The notes below the pieces were generated by a model, which was not told the origin of the DNA, searched no databases, and saw only the letters and a list, made by a program, of their open reading frames with translations. The translations under genes and the position numbers were made by a program. DNA of 64,000 nt from Octopus vulgaris (Eukaryota): the NCBI GenBank assembly GCA_951406725.2, contig OX597828.1, positions 77,996,001 to 78,060,000 on the forward strand, read 5' to 3'. How positions within the stretch are numbered: position 1 is the first letter of the stretch; every line of letters starts with the position of its first letter. Of the stretch, positions 30,501 to 43,856 are shown piece after piece.

Positions 30501-30973
30501 ACCCCTCACATTCTTTGTTTGTGTGTGTGTGTGCGTGTGTGTGCGTGTCTTTGTGTTTGTCCTGTGCTGGTACATGACAACCAGTGTTGGTTTGTATCTA
30601 CATTGCTGTAACTTGGCAGTTCAGTAAAAAGGGAATGATAGAATAAGTAGCAGGCTTCATAACAAAAAGAAAACAAAAGAAGAAATAAGTACTGTGATTG
30701 GTTTGTTTGACTAAACCTTTTAAGTTGGTGCCCCAGCATGGCTGCTGTCCAATGACTGAAACAGATAAAGGATACACACACACATATCATCATCATCATC
30801 ATCATTATTGTTTAATGTCCATTTTCCATGCTAGCATGGGTTAAACGATTTGACTGGGGTTTGGGAAGCCAGGAGGCTGCACCAGGCTCTAGTCTGATCT
30901 GGCAATGTTTCTACGGCTGGATGCCCTTCCTAACGCCAACCACTCCGTGAGTGTAGTGAGTGCTTTTTACGTG

Positions 30974-31018
<45 letters not shown>

Positions 31019-32063
31019 ATGTAAAAAGCCCCTGTGTGGGTGCCACATAAAAAGCACCCAGTGCACTCTGTAAAGTGGTTGGCGTTAGGAAGGGCCTCTA
31101 GCCATACAAACCATGTTATGCCATGCCGAAGCAGACAAATGGAGCCTGGTGTAGCTCTCTGGCTTGTCAGCTCCTACTGAACCATCCAACCCATGCCAGC
31201 ATGGATAAATGGATGTTAGATGACGACGACGATGATGATGATATATGCATGCATGAGAGAAAGAAAAAGAGAGAGAGTGATTGTGAGAACAAACAATTCC
31301 TGTTTGATAACATTTATACATTTCGTGCTCTGTGGATTTGAAAGGAAATTGTAGTGAATCACGGCTGTCAAACCAACAAATAAAACAATACCTTGAAGAC
31401 CAAATAAAAAAAAAAGAAATTATTGACTAATGATCCAGAAAAATACCAATGGATTTCAGTTTCTTTGGCATGTCTCACTAACCCTTTTTCCACTCCCTTT
31501 TGACTCCATTTTTTTTTCCTTTGAAATTTTTGTTTTGCTTTTATCTTTTTTATATTTTTTTTAAAGAGTTTTACTTTTGAATCTGAAAAAAAACAAAACA
31601 AAAGGAAAAAAACATTAAACAAAGTTTATTTATATATTTTTTCTCTTTCATTTCTGTTTTATTGCCCCCTTCCCCCGCCATCACCCCCCACCTTTTTCTT
31701 TTATTTTTCTGACATCTTTTGTGTTCTACCCTCTTCCTGCTCATTAAACTCACAACAATTAAAAAGTGAAATTAAAAGGTGAAAATGAAGGGTCCCTGTG
31801 TTTTGTGGGGATGGAGGTTGTTGGTGGTGGTGGCGGTGGCAGAGACTAAAGTCTTTTCTCATTTGTCTTTTGCTTGTTTCAGTCATTAGACTGTGGCCAT
31901 GCTGGGGCACTGCCTAGTAAAATGTTTCTGTCGAAGGAATTGACACTTATTTCCTTTTAAGCCTGGTTCTTATTCTATTGATCTCTTTTTGCCAAACTGA
32001 TAAGTTATGGGGATGTAAACACACCAACACTGGTTGACAAGTGGTGGTGGGGGACAAACACAG

Positions 32064-32094
<31 letters not shown>

Positions 32095-33233
32095 AGATGG
32101 GTTTCTCTCAGTTTCCATCTACCAAATCCACTCCTAGGTTGAGGCTATGGCCCTTGGTGCCGTGCAGTGGGATTGAGCTTGGGACAGTGTGGTTGGGAAG
32201 CAATGTTCTTACCATACAGCCTTGCCTACACTTACTGAATTAATCTAATGGTAAGAAAAGAAGGGGTCCTTGTGTCCCCTTTACAAGACTTGACACATGT
32301 ATGAATGTGTGTGCAAATGTATGTGTGTGTGGTTCTCAGGAGTGTTTTTTTATTATTTTGGCCCCAAGTCAACCCTGATCTAGCAGACCTATGAACAACA
32401 AAAAAAAAATACAAAGGAAAAAATCTGGTCTTGACCCTCTTGCCTTTTTGTACAACTTGGACTATAACATGTCCTACATGTCCCTTCTATGTTAAGATGA
32501 TAGGGTGCGATTTGAGAAAGATTGGGCTGCTGTTTTTAGCATGCCATGCACAATCTTCTTGTTTGTGTTTCTTGTATAAGAAGTATTATGTGGTTTCTCT
32601 TACAGAAACGAGAAGGGTAGCGCAAGTACTTATTCCCTGAGTGTTTGGCCTGGTTAGATAGGATAATAAAAACAATAACAATAATAATAACACCAATAAT
32701 AATAATAATTTTTGGCTCAAGGCCCGCAATTTTGAAGGGAGGGTGAGGTCAGTTACATCGGCTTCAGTGCTAAATGGGTGCTTATTGAAAGAGCGAAAGG
32801 GAATGTTGACGTGGGTGGGGTTAGTAAGCTTTTTGGGAAGGGAACCAGTCGATTACATTGACCCCAGTGTGTAACTGGTATTTAATTTACCGACACTGAA
32901 AGGATGGAAAGTAAAATTGACCTTGGCAACATTTGAACTAAGAATGTGAAGACAGACAAAATGCCCCGAAGCATTTTGCATGGCCTGCTAACGATTGTCA
33001 GCTTGCCGCTTTAATAATAATAATAATAATTACAACAATAACAACGATTTCTCTTATTTGTCACTGCAGCATCAGATGAGAGATGAGTGTGTGTGTATGT
33101 ATATACACACGTACGTATGTATGTGTGTATGTGAAAATATGTAAGTGGAGGCATCTATATAGGTAAGTATATAAATATATATATATTTGTATATGTATAT
33201 TATATGTGTGTGTGCATGTATTTAGGGGTAGGA

Positions 33234-33278
<45 letters not shown>

Positions 33279-33385
33279 TGTGTATGTATATATATTTATG
33301 GGGGTGTATGCATATATATATACATACAGACATACATACATAAATAAGTATATATGTATATAAGTGTGGGATGTCTGTGTGTTTG

Positions 33386-33417
<32 letters not shown>

Positions 33418-33486
33418 AACATGCATATACATACAAAGGTGAGTCAAAGTAATTCAATTTTTATTTGCATTACTTGTGTGTGTATG

Positions 33487-33524
<38 letters not shown>

Positions 33525-34257
33525 TAAATTTATGCGTTTATATATATTGGTACATTTATGCCTGTTTACATACATACATACATATTTATGTCTTATACTT
33601 TATATGTATATAAAAATATGGGTTCATTTATGTGTGTTTATATATATATATATATATAATGACCTTGTATGTTTCCTTTGCTAATCTCCAAGAAGAATGC
33701 GTAGTAACAACTGATAGTCTGTTGGTGCTAATGGTGGAATTACCAAATTGTTTTTGGTGTATTACCACCTTTGAGCAGAGCTGGACTGTTTGTGATGTAA
33801 ATGGTTTGGGAATAGTTTAGGCTGACTAAACCTGTAAAGTTACTTTGTGGAAAGAGAGGTGGTGGTGTTGGTGTGGGGGGTGAGGAGGTATTTTATTGTG
33901 TATGTTTAGGCATTGAACTTTGGTTTATATTTGTGTCACTGTGTGCATGCGTATGTCTTTGTGTGTGTGTGTGTGTGTGTGTCTATATATATATATCTTC
34001 CTCTACTCTTTTTGTATGTATATAAAAAAGTATTTGTGTATGTATAGGTGTGTGTGTGTATATATATATATTGGAGTGAGAGTGTGTGTGTGTATATATG
34101 TGTGTGTACATATGTGTGTCTATGTGTGTGTGTGCATGTATATATGCATACATGCACATAAAATTAACATCTATATTCTCAGAAAGCTACATAAGCATGC
34201 CCAAACCCCACACATGCTCTTGTATCATAAATAATGTATGTATATGTGTGTGTGCAT

Positions 34258-34318
<61 letters not shown>

Positions 34319-34319
<1 letters not shown>

Positions 34320-34632
34320 AAAATATTAGAAAAAAAACACCTTGTATCAATTCAAAATGAATAATCAAATTACACCATCTAGAAAATTACATATAATAGA
34401 AAAGTTAAAATTAAGAGAGCAATTAAAAAGTAAAAATTAAGTATATTACAAAAATAATATAATGTATAAAATATACCTATTATATACATTATATTATTTT
34501 TGTAATTTACTTAATCTTTACTTTTTAATTGCTCTCTTAATTTTAACTTTTCTATTATATGTAATTTTCTAGATGGTGTAATTTAATTATTCATTTTGAA
34601 TTGATAAAAGGTGTTTTTTTTCTAATATTTTA
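34319..34632. repeat. AT-rich inverted repeat, ~150-bp arms
   Basis: 34319-34468 pairs with 34483-34632 with few mismatches. Confidence 0.9.
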
Positions 34633-34890
34633 TTTATATATTATATTGTATGGAATTTGATTTAGTATTTCTAAATTGAATTCTTTTTCCTTGTAAGTTT
34701 GGATTTTATTCCCTCAAATAATAATTATATATATGTGTATATATGTATGTATATATATATGTATTATATATGTGTATATGTATGTATATATATATATAGT
34801 TAATCCAAACAAGAAAACAAAAAAAAACACAGCAACGCGAGGACGTGGAACAAATAAAGTATTATTGGACGCTCAGGAAAGAAGGGAAGA

Positions 34891-35388
<498 letters not shown>

Positions 35389-35639
35389 TTTTTTTTCTAG
35401 TTTCAGCTCAGAGCTTCGGCCATGCTGATGCACCGGCGTTTTGTGCTACACTGTTATTATGAAGAACCTTGTCTTATATGTGTATCTGTTTTGTAAATGT
35501 ACAGGCACGTGCTGATGCGTCGGTGTATATGTATAATGTGCATAAACGCATATATCAACATGTGTAAGTTCTCATGTATTCATAAGCAAACATACACACA
35601 AATGTGTATGTGTATATGCTGAGACACACACACACGCAC

Positions 35640-35671
<32 letters not shown>

Positions 35672-36139
35672 ATGTAGGTACATGCTGTGCTCTCTCTCTC
35701 TTTCTCTCTCTTCCCTCCATACAGGATTGGCACTGTGGCCAGGTTTTCTGGTTTTGTTTTTGTTTGTTTTTTTATTTTGTCTGTTTTCTTACTCTTGCTT
35801 CATAACATAGCTACTTCCTGTTTGCTACTGGCATTCTTGAAGTAAGGAAATCTGAATTCGTAATAGTTTCTTATCTTGCTTCCCCACCAACTCTACCCCC
35901 CCCCCCCGACATCCATTCCTCTTGCTTGCTCCTCCTCCTCCTCCTCCTACTATTGCACCATTAGCACTGCCCTCTTCACACTCACCACTATATCTCTTTA
36001 TGTACCTGTTAAATATCTATTTACTTACCTGTTCAATTCATCCATCCCGCCATCCACCCACCATCTATGCCTGTTGTTTCTGGGAGGGTCATGGGTGGGT
36101 GGGGATAGCAGAGCTGCCATAAACGTTCTCCCAGAAGCA

Positions 36140-36460
36140 AATGTCATTACATTTCCCAGCTGGATTCTTTCGCCTGACCAACTCAGACTGGACATTGTCC
36201 ATTGTCTCAGTTCTTACTATGTCTACTCTTAGGTGTCCTTCTTGTTGGCTCCATCTGAAGAATCGATCTTGTGATTCTTTCTTGCAACATTCTAATCACG
36301 TGTTTGTAGTGCCAAAAACTGTGACTTCTCAATGTGGAGAAGTGGCAACTCAACATGGAGAGATTTCCTGATCTTTGAGCTATGTAACCTGTTGAATAAT
36401 GTTATTGCAGAGACCCTTTGGAGGAATTTCATTTTGGCCACTTGTATTTGTGATTTTTTT
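36140..36460 (-). pseudogene. RTE-clade LINE C-terminal fragment
   Basis: SQIQVAKMKFLQRVSAITLFNRLHSSKIRKSLHVELPLLHIEKSQ resembles the RTE post-RT region. Confidence 0.7.
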
Positions 36461-36777
36461 TTTCTTTTTTGGTCATTGCCCCACATCCAGTGACCATAGG
36501 GCACAAAAACCAAATTGGACAGAATCAGTTTCAAGAAATATATTACAATCACCATCCAATACCTGTTTATTTACTGCCATTGAAAACTTATTAAAATTTC
36601 TTTCTCTTTGGAATAAATTCTTTCTCCAAGGCATTTAATGAATGTGTTCTCCCAAAAGAACTTGTTCCAATTTCGCAGACATTTTGTTGAAACATCCTAG
36701 ATGTAGGGGCCAAGTTTCTTTCCTATTACATGGCCTACAGACAAGAACACATTAGATGCTGTAGTCTTAGATGCTTG

Positions 36778-37020
36778 ACTGGCACTCCGTCGCTTTGGAC
36801 AACGAGTGTCCCAGTTGATCCGATCAACGGAACAGCCTGCTCATGAAATTAACGTGCATATGGCCGAGCACTCCACAGACACATGTACCCTTAACATAGT
36901 TCTCAGGGAGATTCAACCTGACACAGAATGTGACAAAGCTGGCCCTTAGAAATACAACTCATTTTTGCCAGCTGAGTGGACTGGAGCAATGTGAAATAAA
37001 GTGTCTTGCTTAAGGACACA
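36778..37020 (-). mobile_element. SINE family D, 5'-truncated
   Basis: Reverse complement of the body of 39506-39827. Confidence 0.8.
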
Positions 37021-37910
37021 CTACATGAAAAAACGAAACAAGAACAAGACATGATGCTGAGATGGTCATGGCTGGAATGCTTTTAGTCATAGGCCTAATG
37101 GATTACTGTTTACCAGGGGTCTATACTACTATTACTACTAGTTTAAAAATATTGATGGAAATGAATGAATAAAAGTGGGCATTTCTAGACTCCACCCCAC
37201 CCTCACCCCTTTGGAATTCCCTTTCTCTCCCCTCTCAGTGGTCTTCCCTTGTCTTTCACTTGCTCCAGTCATTGGACAGCAACCATCCATTGGGGTACTA
37301 ACCTTGAAGGGTTTTACTTGAACACACTGAGATTATTTGTTAATGTTACTGTAATTTAGCCCCAGGAAATATCGTCTCCAGCTGGCTATATGACACAATA
37401 TCTGTGTCCTTATATATTCGAACAAGGGAGCTTAGCATCCCCACTCAGCTCAAAGCAATATCTGTATATTATTTCCCTTCATCAGCACAGAATAACTGTT
37501 TGGCTATTGTGTCATATAGCCAGCTGGAGACAATGTTTCCTAGGGCTAAATAACAGTTACATCCGACTGCCACGTTATGTTGGTAAATAATCTTTACTCT
37601 AGAGTACTGTTACTGAATATCTCTCATTAAGAGATTTACAAATAGAAATTTTCTACATATCATCATCATCCAGTCTTTTAAATCCAGGTTTTGTCTCCAT
37701 TAACAGGGGTGGCCAGATCTACTTCAATGCCATAGCAACCGAGGTAGACAGGTGCATCCCACCCCAACCTTTGGGCTGGCTGGCAGGTGTCCATTCTCCT
37801 TGGCTGTCATGAGGCTTTTTTGGAGCTGGATTTTCTGCGGGGAGCAGGCCCTTGCTCACTCCCAACCTCACTTTCTTTTCAGAGCCCCTCCTACCTAATA
37901 CATACATATA

Positions 37911-38038
<128 letters not shown>

Positions 38039-38689
38039 CTCATCATCATCATTATTTAATGTCCGCTTTGCATGCTGACATGGGTTGGATGGTTTGACAA
38101 GAAATTGGTGACCTGCAGGGCTGAACTGATCTCCAGTGTCATCTTTGGCATGGCTTCTCCTGCTTGAGGCCCCTCCTAATGCCAACCACTTTATATATGT
38201 CTACATTTATGTTTGTGTGTACCTTTGTCTTAACGTGTGATGGTCGTAGACGAGAGTCACCGTCATACAAGCAGTGTGGTTCATTTTCCAGTCTTTAATG
38301 AAAATGATGTCTGGCCATGGGGAAATATTACCTTGCCAGGAAACAGGTAAGGGTTGGCAAGAGGAAGGGCATCTGACTGTAGAAAAATACGCCTGAAAGG
38401 ATTCTGTCTGACTCTTGGGAAAAGTGGGTGTTAGATGATGATGATGTTACTGATTCAATTTCACTAATGAGCTTTGCTTTCAGCTGAAGTTACATAGTAG
38501 AGATTCTTGCCTAAGGTGTTATACACTGAAACTGAAATCAAAACTACTTAATTATGAAATGAACTTCTTAATGACACAGCCATATTTACGGTTAATTATC
38601 ACAAGTGGTGTGAATTAATTAATGCAACTGGTATAAATTTCTTCATTATCTTAATTAGTTAGTAATATTTTCTGCATCATTGTATCATT

Positions 38690-38880
38690 GTTCAGCCCTA
38701 GGTTAGCTCAGTCAAAGTTGCTCCAGCTGTGGCCATTCTGTCTTCTTTTCTAATTGATGTATTTAGATCTTCGCCATCCAGTCTGTCCTTCATTTCTGTT
38801 TTTGCTTTTTAAGAAAGTGAGGTAGGGTGTGATTTGAGGGAGATTTAGCTGCTATTTGTAGCACATTGAACTACCAGTTA
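38690..38880 (-). repeat. Old, abundant dispersed repeat family F (probable SINE with an AAC tail)
   Basis: GATTTGAGGGAGATTTRGCTGCTATTT motif and relatives recur at ~13190, 15420, 18420, 32510, 41860, 44730, 60400 and 62720. Confidence 0.65.
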
Positions 38881-39505
38881 ATATTTCTGCACAACACACA
38901 CATTAGAAAACTGAAGATCAATTTAAAGTGGTTAAGCTACAATTTTTAAGTATTTCACTGTGGAACTTTAAACAAATGTAAATACATTTTAGTATTCCCT
39001 TTGTACATAGGGGTGTGGGTGTGGAAGTAGATGAAATTCTTCTTTATTGTGGTGTTGCTGGTAGTGGTAGTATGACAGTAGTGTGGTGGTGTTGGTGGTA
39101 GTGCTACTACCACTATTATTGTAGTGATAACATGGTGGTAGCAGTGGAACCACTGTTGTGGTTATAGTACTGCTATGGTAGTGGTGGTGGTGGTGGTGGT
39201 TGTAGCACCACTGTTATGATTATAGTAACACTGTGGTAAGGGTGGGTGGTAGTAGTACCACTGTTTTTATTGTAATAATATGGTGGTAGTGGTGGTAATA
39301 GTAGTATCACTCTTACAGTAATACTGCTGTGTTGGTTATGGAGGTGGTGGTGGTAGTAGTAGTACTACTACTAGCAGCAGCAGCACCACCACCACCACTA
39401 CTGCTACCCCATCACCACCACTACTACTATTACTACTATCACCACCACCACTACTACTACTACTACCACCACCACTACCACCACTACCACCACCACTACT
39501 GTGAC

Positions 39506-39827
39506 GGTGTGTAGTCAAGTGGTTAGAGTATTCAGCTCACAATCGTAAGGTTGTGAGTTTGATTCTCAGCAATGCATTGTCTCCTTGAGCAAGACATTTT
39601 ACTTCACATTTCCTCCGCAGTCCACTCAGCTGGCAAAACTACGTTGTACTCGTATTTCTAAGGGGTCAGCCTTGTCACATTCTGTATTGTGCTGAATCTC
39701 CCTGACAACTACATTATGGGTACATGTGTCTGTGGAGTACTCAGCCACTTGCATGTTTATTTCAGGAGCAAACTATTCTGTTGATTGAATTAAATGGAAC
39801 CCTCGCTGTTGTAGCTAACGGTGCCAG
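39506..39827 (+). mobile_element. tRNA-derived SINE family D (Deu/Nin-domain-like)
   Basis: Head TAGTCAAGTGGTTAG...GAGTTTGATTC, then TCCTTGAGCAAGACA and a shared body. The domain name is tentative. Confidence 0.75.
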
Positions 39828-40316
39828 TGCCATAGGTGGTGCTGGCGGCGGCGGCGGTGGTTGTGGCGGGTGGTGGTGGCGGTGGTGGCGGGTGGTGGTG
39901 GTGGTGGTGGCGGTGGTGGTGGTGATGGCGGGTGGTGGTGGCGGTGGTGATGGCGGGTGGTGGTGGCGGGTGGTGGTGGCCAAATATGAGTCGTGAAGAT
40001 GGTAGATTGGAATTATTTATCAAGAGAGAATACCAAGATATTTTGGATTCACTTCAGCTTCTCTATATTTTTTGTATTTCCTTTTTAATTACAAACAAGG
40101 GATACCAACCAACCAGCTAGCCAGCCAGCCAGCCAGCCAGCTAGGTAGATGTAAAGTGAAGGGGTCAGGTTATTAAGTGTTTATTGCAGAATAAAGATGG
40201 TGGTGGTGAAGGAGGGGACATTTCTGCTTATGTGGTGGGTGTGGCTACACGGCAGTTCTAAGGCAAATCACACTTGAAATGTGATGTAAATAGGAGTAGG
40301 ATTACCGTTGTTGAGA

Positions 40317-40390
40317 TGAGGTGAGACTGGCTGCACTCATCTGAGGTGAGACTGGCTGCACTCATCTGAGGTGAGACTGGCTGCACTCAT
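40317..40390. repeat. 25-bp tandem repeat x3
   Basis: Unit TGAGGTGAGACTGGCTGCACTCATC. Confidence 0.95.
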
Positions 40391-41007
40391 ACCGGACAAG
40401 CTATATAAGCATGCATTTTCTCACACAATAACCACTCACACATACATAACTACTCTTAAATATATACACATAAGTAACCACTAACACATGCACACACATA
40501 CACACACACGCGCACACATAAATAGAAGAGATAAAAATTCCGATCGTGTAATCTATGCTTATTGTTAATTATCTCTGTTTATTAATCTTACTCCATTGTG
40601 TGTGTGTGTTTTTTTCTTCTTTACTTCTCTGTAACTGATCAAAGAACCAGAGATGCTAATCAGGTTTTAATGAAGATTAAAGCGGTTGATTGACTCTGGG
40701 ACTGTTGATGGAATATCAACAGCTGATAGGTGTGTGTGTGTGTGTGTGTGCAGGGGAGGTGACGTTCAATGATGAGGACCATGATAGTGGTAATGATGAT
40801 GATGATGATGGTGGTGGTAATATATCACGATGTGTAAACATGGTAACAGATGATAAATGTGACAGGTGATGATTTGTTTTGCAAAGATCAATGAATATGA
40901 TGGCAATGTGTTGTGGTGGTGGTGGTGGTGGTGTGTCTTCTGGTGTAGAAGTAGATGGGCGGTTCTGAAACACTTGGATTTGCCATACAAAAAAAAATAC
41001 AAATATA

Positions 41008-41400
41008 GGAGTGGCTGTGTGGTAAGTAGCTTGCTTACGAACCATATGGTTCCGGGTTCAGTCCCACTGCGTGGCACCTTGGGCAAGTGTCTTCTACTAT
41101 AGCTTCGGGCCGACCAAAGCCTTGTGAGTGGATTTGGTAAACGGAAACTGTAAGAAGCCTGTCGTATAAATATATATATGTATGTGTGTGTATATGTTTG
41201 TGTGTCTGTGCCCCCCCCCCCCCCCAACATCACTTGACAACTGATGCTGGTGTGTTTACATCTCTGTAACTTAGCGGTTTGGCAAAAGAGACCGATAGAA
41301 TAAGTACTAGGCTTACAAAGAATAAGTCCTGGGGTCAATTTGCGTGACTGAAGGCAGTGCTCCAGCATGACCACAGTCAAGTGACTGAAACAAGTAAAAG
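41008..41400 (+). mobile_element. tRNA-derived SINE family A (CORE-like), full length
   Basis: A box TGGCTGTGTGGT, B box GGGTTCAGTCC, CACCTTGGGCAAGTG, internal microsatellite, tail CCAGCATG-CAGTCnnnnGACTG-AAAC. More than 12 further copies, e.g. 1-200, 15740-16130, 20245-20870, 21820-22135, 23555-24045, 31865-32225, 44265-44590. Confidence 0.9.
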
Positions 41401-42125
41401 AGAGTAAAAAAGCAAAACAAAAAAATAAAGCAAAAACCAATGAATTGGGCCTTTGTTTTTGTTCTATATTTATAATTTTTCTTTATTCTGTCTTTTTATT
41501 TGTTTCACTCATTTGATTGCTGCCTTGCTGGAGCCACTGCCTTGAAAGGTTTTATTCTTTGTAAGCCTATCACTTATTTAGTCTTCAGTTGATAAAATAG
41601 ATACCAGTTATGTACTGAGATCGATCTGATGAGCTAGTCTCTCCCCCTCCCCCCTTCTACCACATTGGGACATTTAGCTGTTACCTCTAACAAGTTTGGT
41701 GTGTGTGTAAGGATTTAATTGGTTTGATCATTGAGCTTGTTGTTGTTTAGCACAAGGTGGTCTTAATTGGGTAGACTTATGATCAAAGATGTTCCAAATG
41801 TGACCACCTGGATTAAATTATCCAATGTAGCTTTCCTTTACTAATATAAATAATATGTGATTTGAGAGAGACTTGACAGTGGTCGAATGACTACATATAG
41901 ATTATATTGTTGGTTTGCAGCCTTTGAGATTGGTGAAATACCAGTAATATATTGGTGTTGGGTTTAATCATTCAATTTATTCCTTATCAAGGATGGAATT
42001 TCCTCTTGAAACAATAACGAAATTAACATGAAAAAGAAAAAAAAAGAACAGTAAAAGCCTTTCTTTTTATGAAGAAAGCATAGAAAAATGTAGAAAAATT
42101 AAAGCACTTATAGATAGGAATTAAG

Positions 42126-42166
<41 letters not shown>

Positions 42167-43019
42167 CACACACCACATACACATGTACACAAAATATCGA
42201 AAACAGTTGTAATAGAATGGAAAAAATAAAATGGTAATATGCAAAAATATCTATTTAGATATTGAAGAATATATTGGTGAAAATCTATATGAGTAGAAAA
42301 TGGAGAGAGAAAAGGAACCAAAGTAATGTATAGAATATTGCAAGATTTGTTAAAACTGACAGCCAAAATATGTTCTTATTTTACTCTAGGTGCAAGGCCC
42401 GAGATTTTTGGGGAGGTGGGGCCTGTTGATTAGATCAACCTCAGTATGCAATGAGTACTTAGTTTATCGACCCTGAGAGGATGAAAGGCAAAGGCGACCT
42501 TGGCGGAATTTGAACTCAGAATGTAAACACAGACAAAATACCTATTTCTTTACTACCCACAAGGGGCTACACACAGTGGGGACAAACAAGGACAGACAAA
42601 CGGATTAAGTCGATTATATCGACCCCAGTGTGTAACTGGTACTTATTTAATCGACCCGAAAGGATGAAAAGCAAAGTTGACCTTGGCGGAATTTGAACTC
42701 AGAATGTAAAGACAGACGAAATACCACTAAGCATTTTGCCCAGCGTGCTAATGTTTCTGCCAGCTTACTGTCTTAATAATATTCTTTTCTACTCTAAGCA
42801 CAAGGCCTGAAATTTTTTTGGAGGGGGCCAGTTGATTAGATCGACCCCAGTACACAACAGGTACTTAGTTTATTGACCCTAAAAGGTAAAATTGACCTCA
42901 GCGGAATTCGAACTCAGAACATAGTGGCAGACAAAATACCGCTAAGCATTTTGCCAGCTCACCAGCTTAGCAAAAAGTATGTTAAGAACTTGGGGTTTTG
43001 TTTTGAGGTTGAGGGAAGA

Positions 43020-43260
43020 TGCATGGGCCTAGTGGCTAGTGTGTTGCATTCATGATTGTAAGATTGTGGTGTCAATTCCCAGATTGGGCTGTGCGTTGTG
43101 TTCTTGGGTAAAATGCTTCATTTCACGTTACTTCACTCCACTCAACTGTACATGAGTAACTGCATTGGACTAGCATCCTATCCAGGGGGACATGTTGTGA
43201 TCTCAGCCATGCTATGGGAACAGGGTAACTAACCCTGTGAGTCCTCAGACACGAGACAGT
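43020..43260 (+). mobile_element. tRNA-derived SINE family E, old copy
   Basis: GGCCTAGTGGCTAG head and TGGACTAGCATCCTATCCAGGGG body; related copy at ~18085-18270. Confidence 0.6.
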
Positions 43261-43390
43261 AACATTCAAGGGGGCATACCTATCTATCTTGATAAATTAC
43301 GTGTGTGTGAGAGAGATCATCATGATTGTTTAACACCTGGCTTCTGTGTTGACCTAAGTTGAAAGGTTCAACAAGGTCTGACTACAGTGC

Positions 43391-43856
43391 TATATTTAAG
43401 GATATGAGGAATTATTTACATTAGATGGATATTGATCCTCATCTTGTTTGTTGTTAACACGTTTCGGCTGATATACACTCCAGCCTTCATCAGGTGTCTT
43501 GGGGAAATTTCGAACCTGAGTTCTCGTTCCTAATGTATTTGTTGTTGTTGTTGTTGTTGCTGTTGCTGCTGTTGTTGTTGTTGTTGTTCAGGTCACTGCC
43601 TGGAATTGAACTCGGAATCTTGGGGTTAGTAGCCCGTACGCTTAACCCCAAGATTCTGAGTTCAATTACAGGCAGTGACCAGAATAATAATAATGATGAT
43701 GATGATGATAATAACATTGAAAAATATCTTAGGAATGAGAACCCAGGTTCGAAATTTCTCCAAGACACCTGATGAAGGCTGGAAGGTATATCAGCCGAAA
43801 CATTGTGTTAACAACAAACAAGATGAGGACAAATATCTGTCAAATGTAAATAATGT
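43391..43856. mobile_element. Fold-back element: tRNA-like head + triplet microsatellite + hammerhead-like motif
   Basis: Arms 43411-43628/43643-43854. GACAC-CTGATGA-AGGCTG..CAGCC-GAAAC occurs in both arms, and the B box GAGTTCAATT lies near the centre. Confidence 0.75.

Noticed and set aside
39329-40120. Poly-His/Pro/Gly ORFs
   Set aside because: Products of triplet repeats and a SINE, with no splice or domain support.
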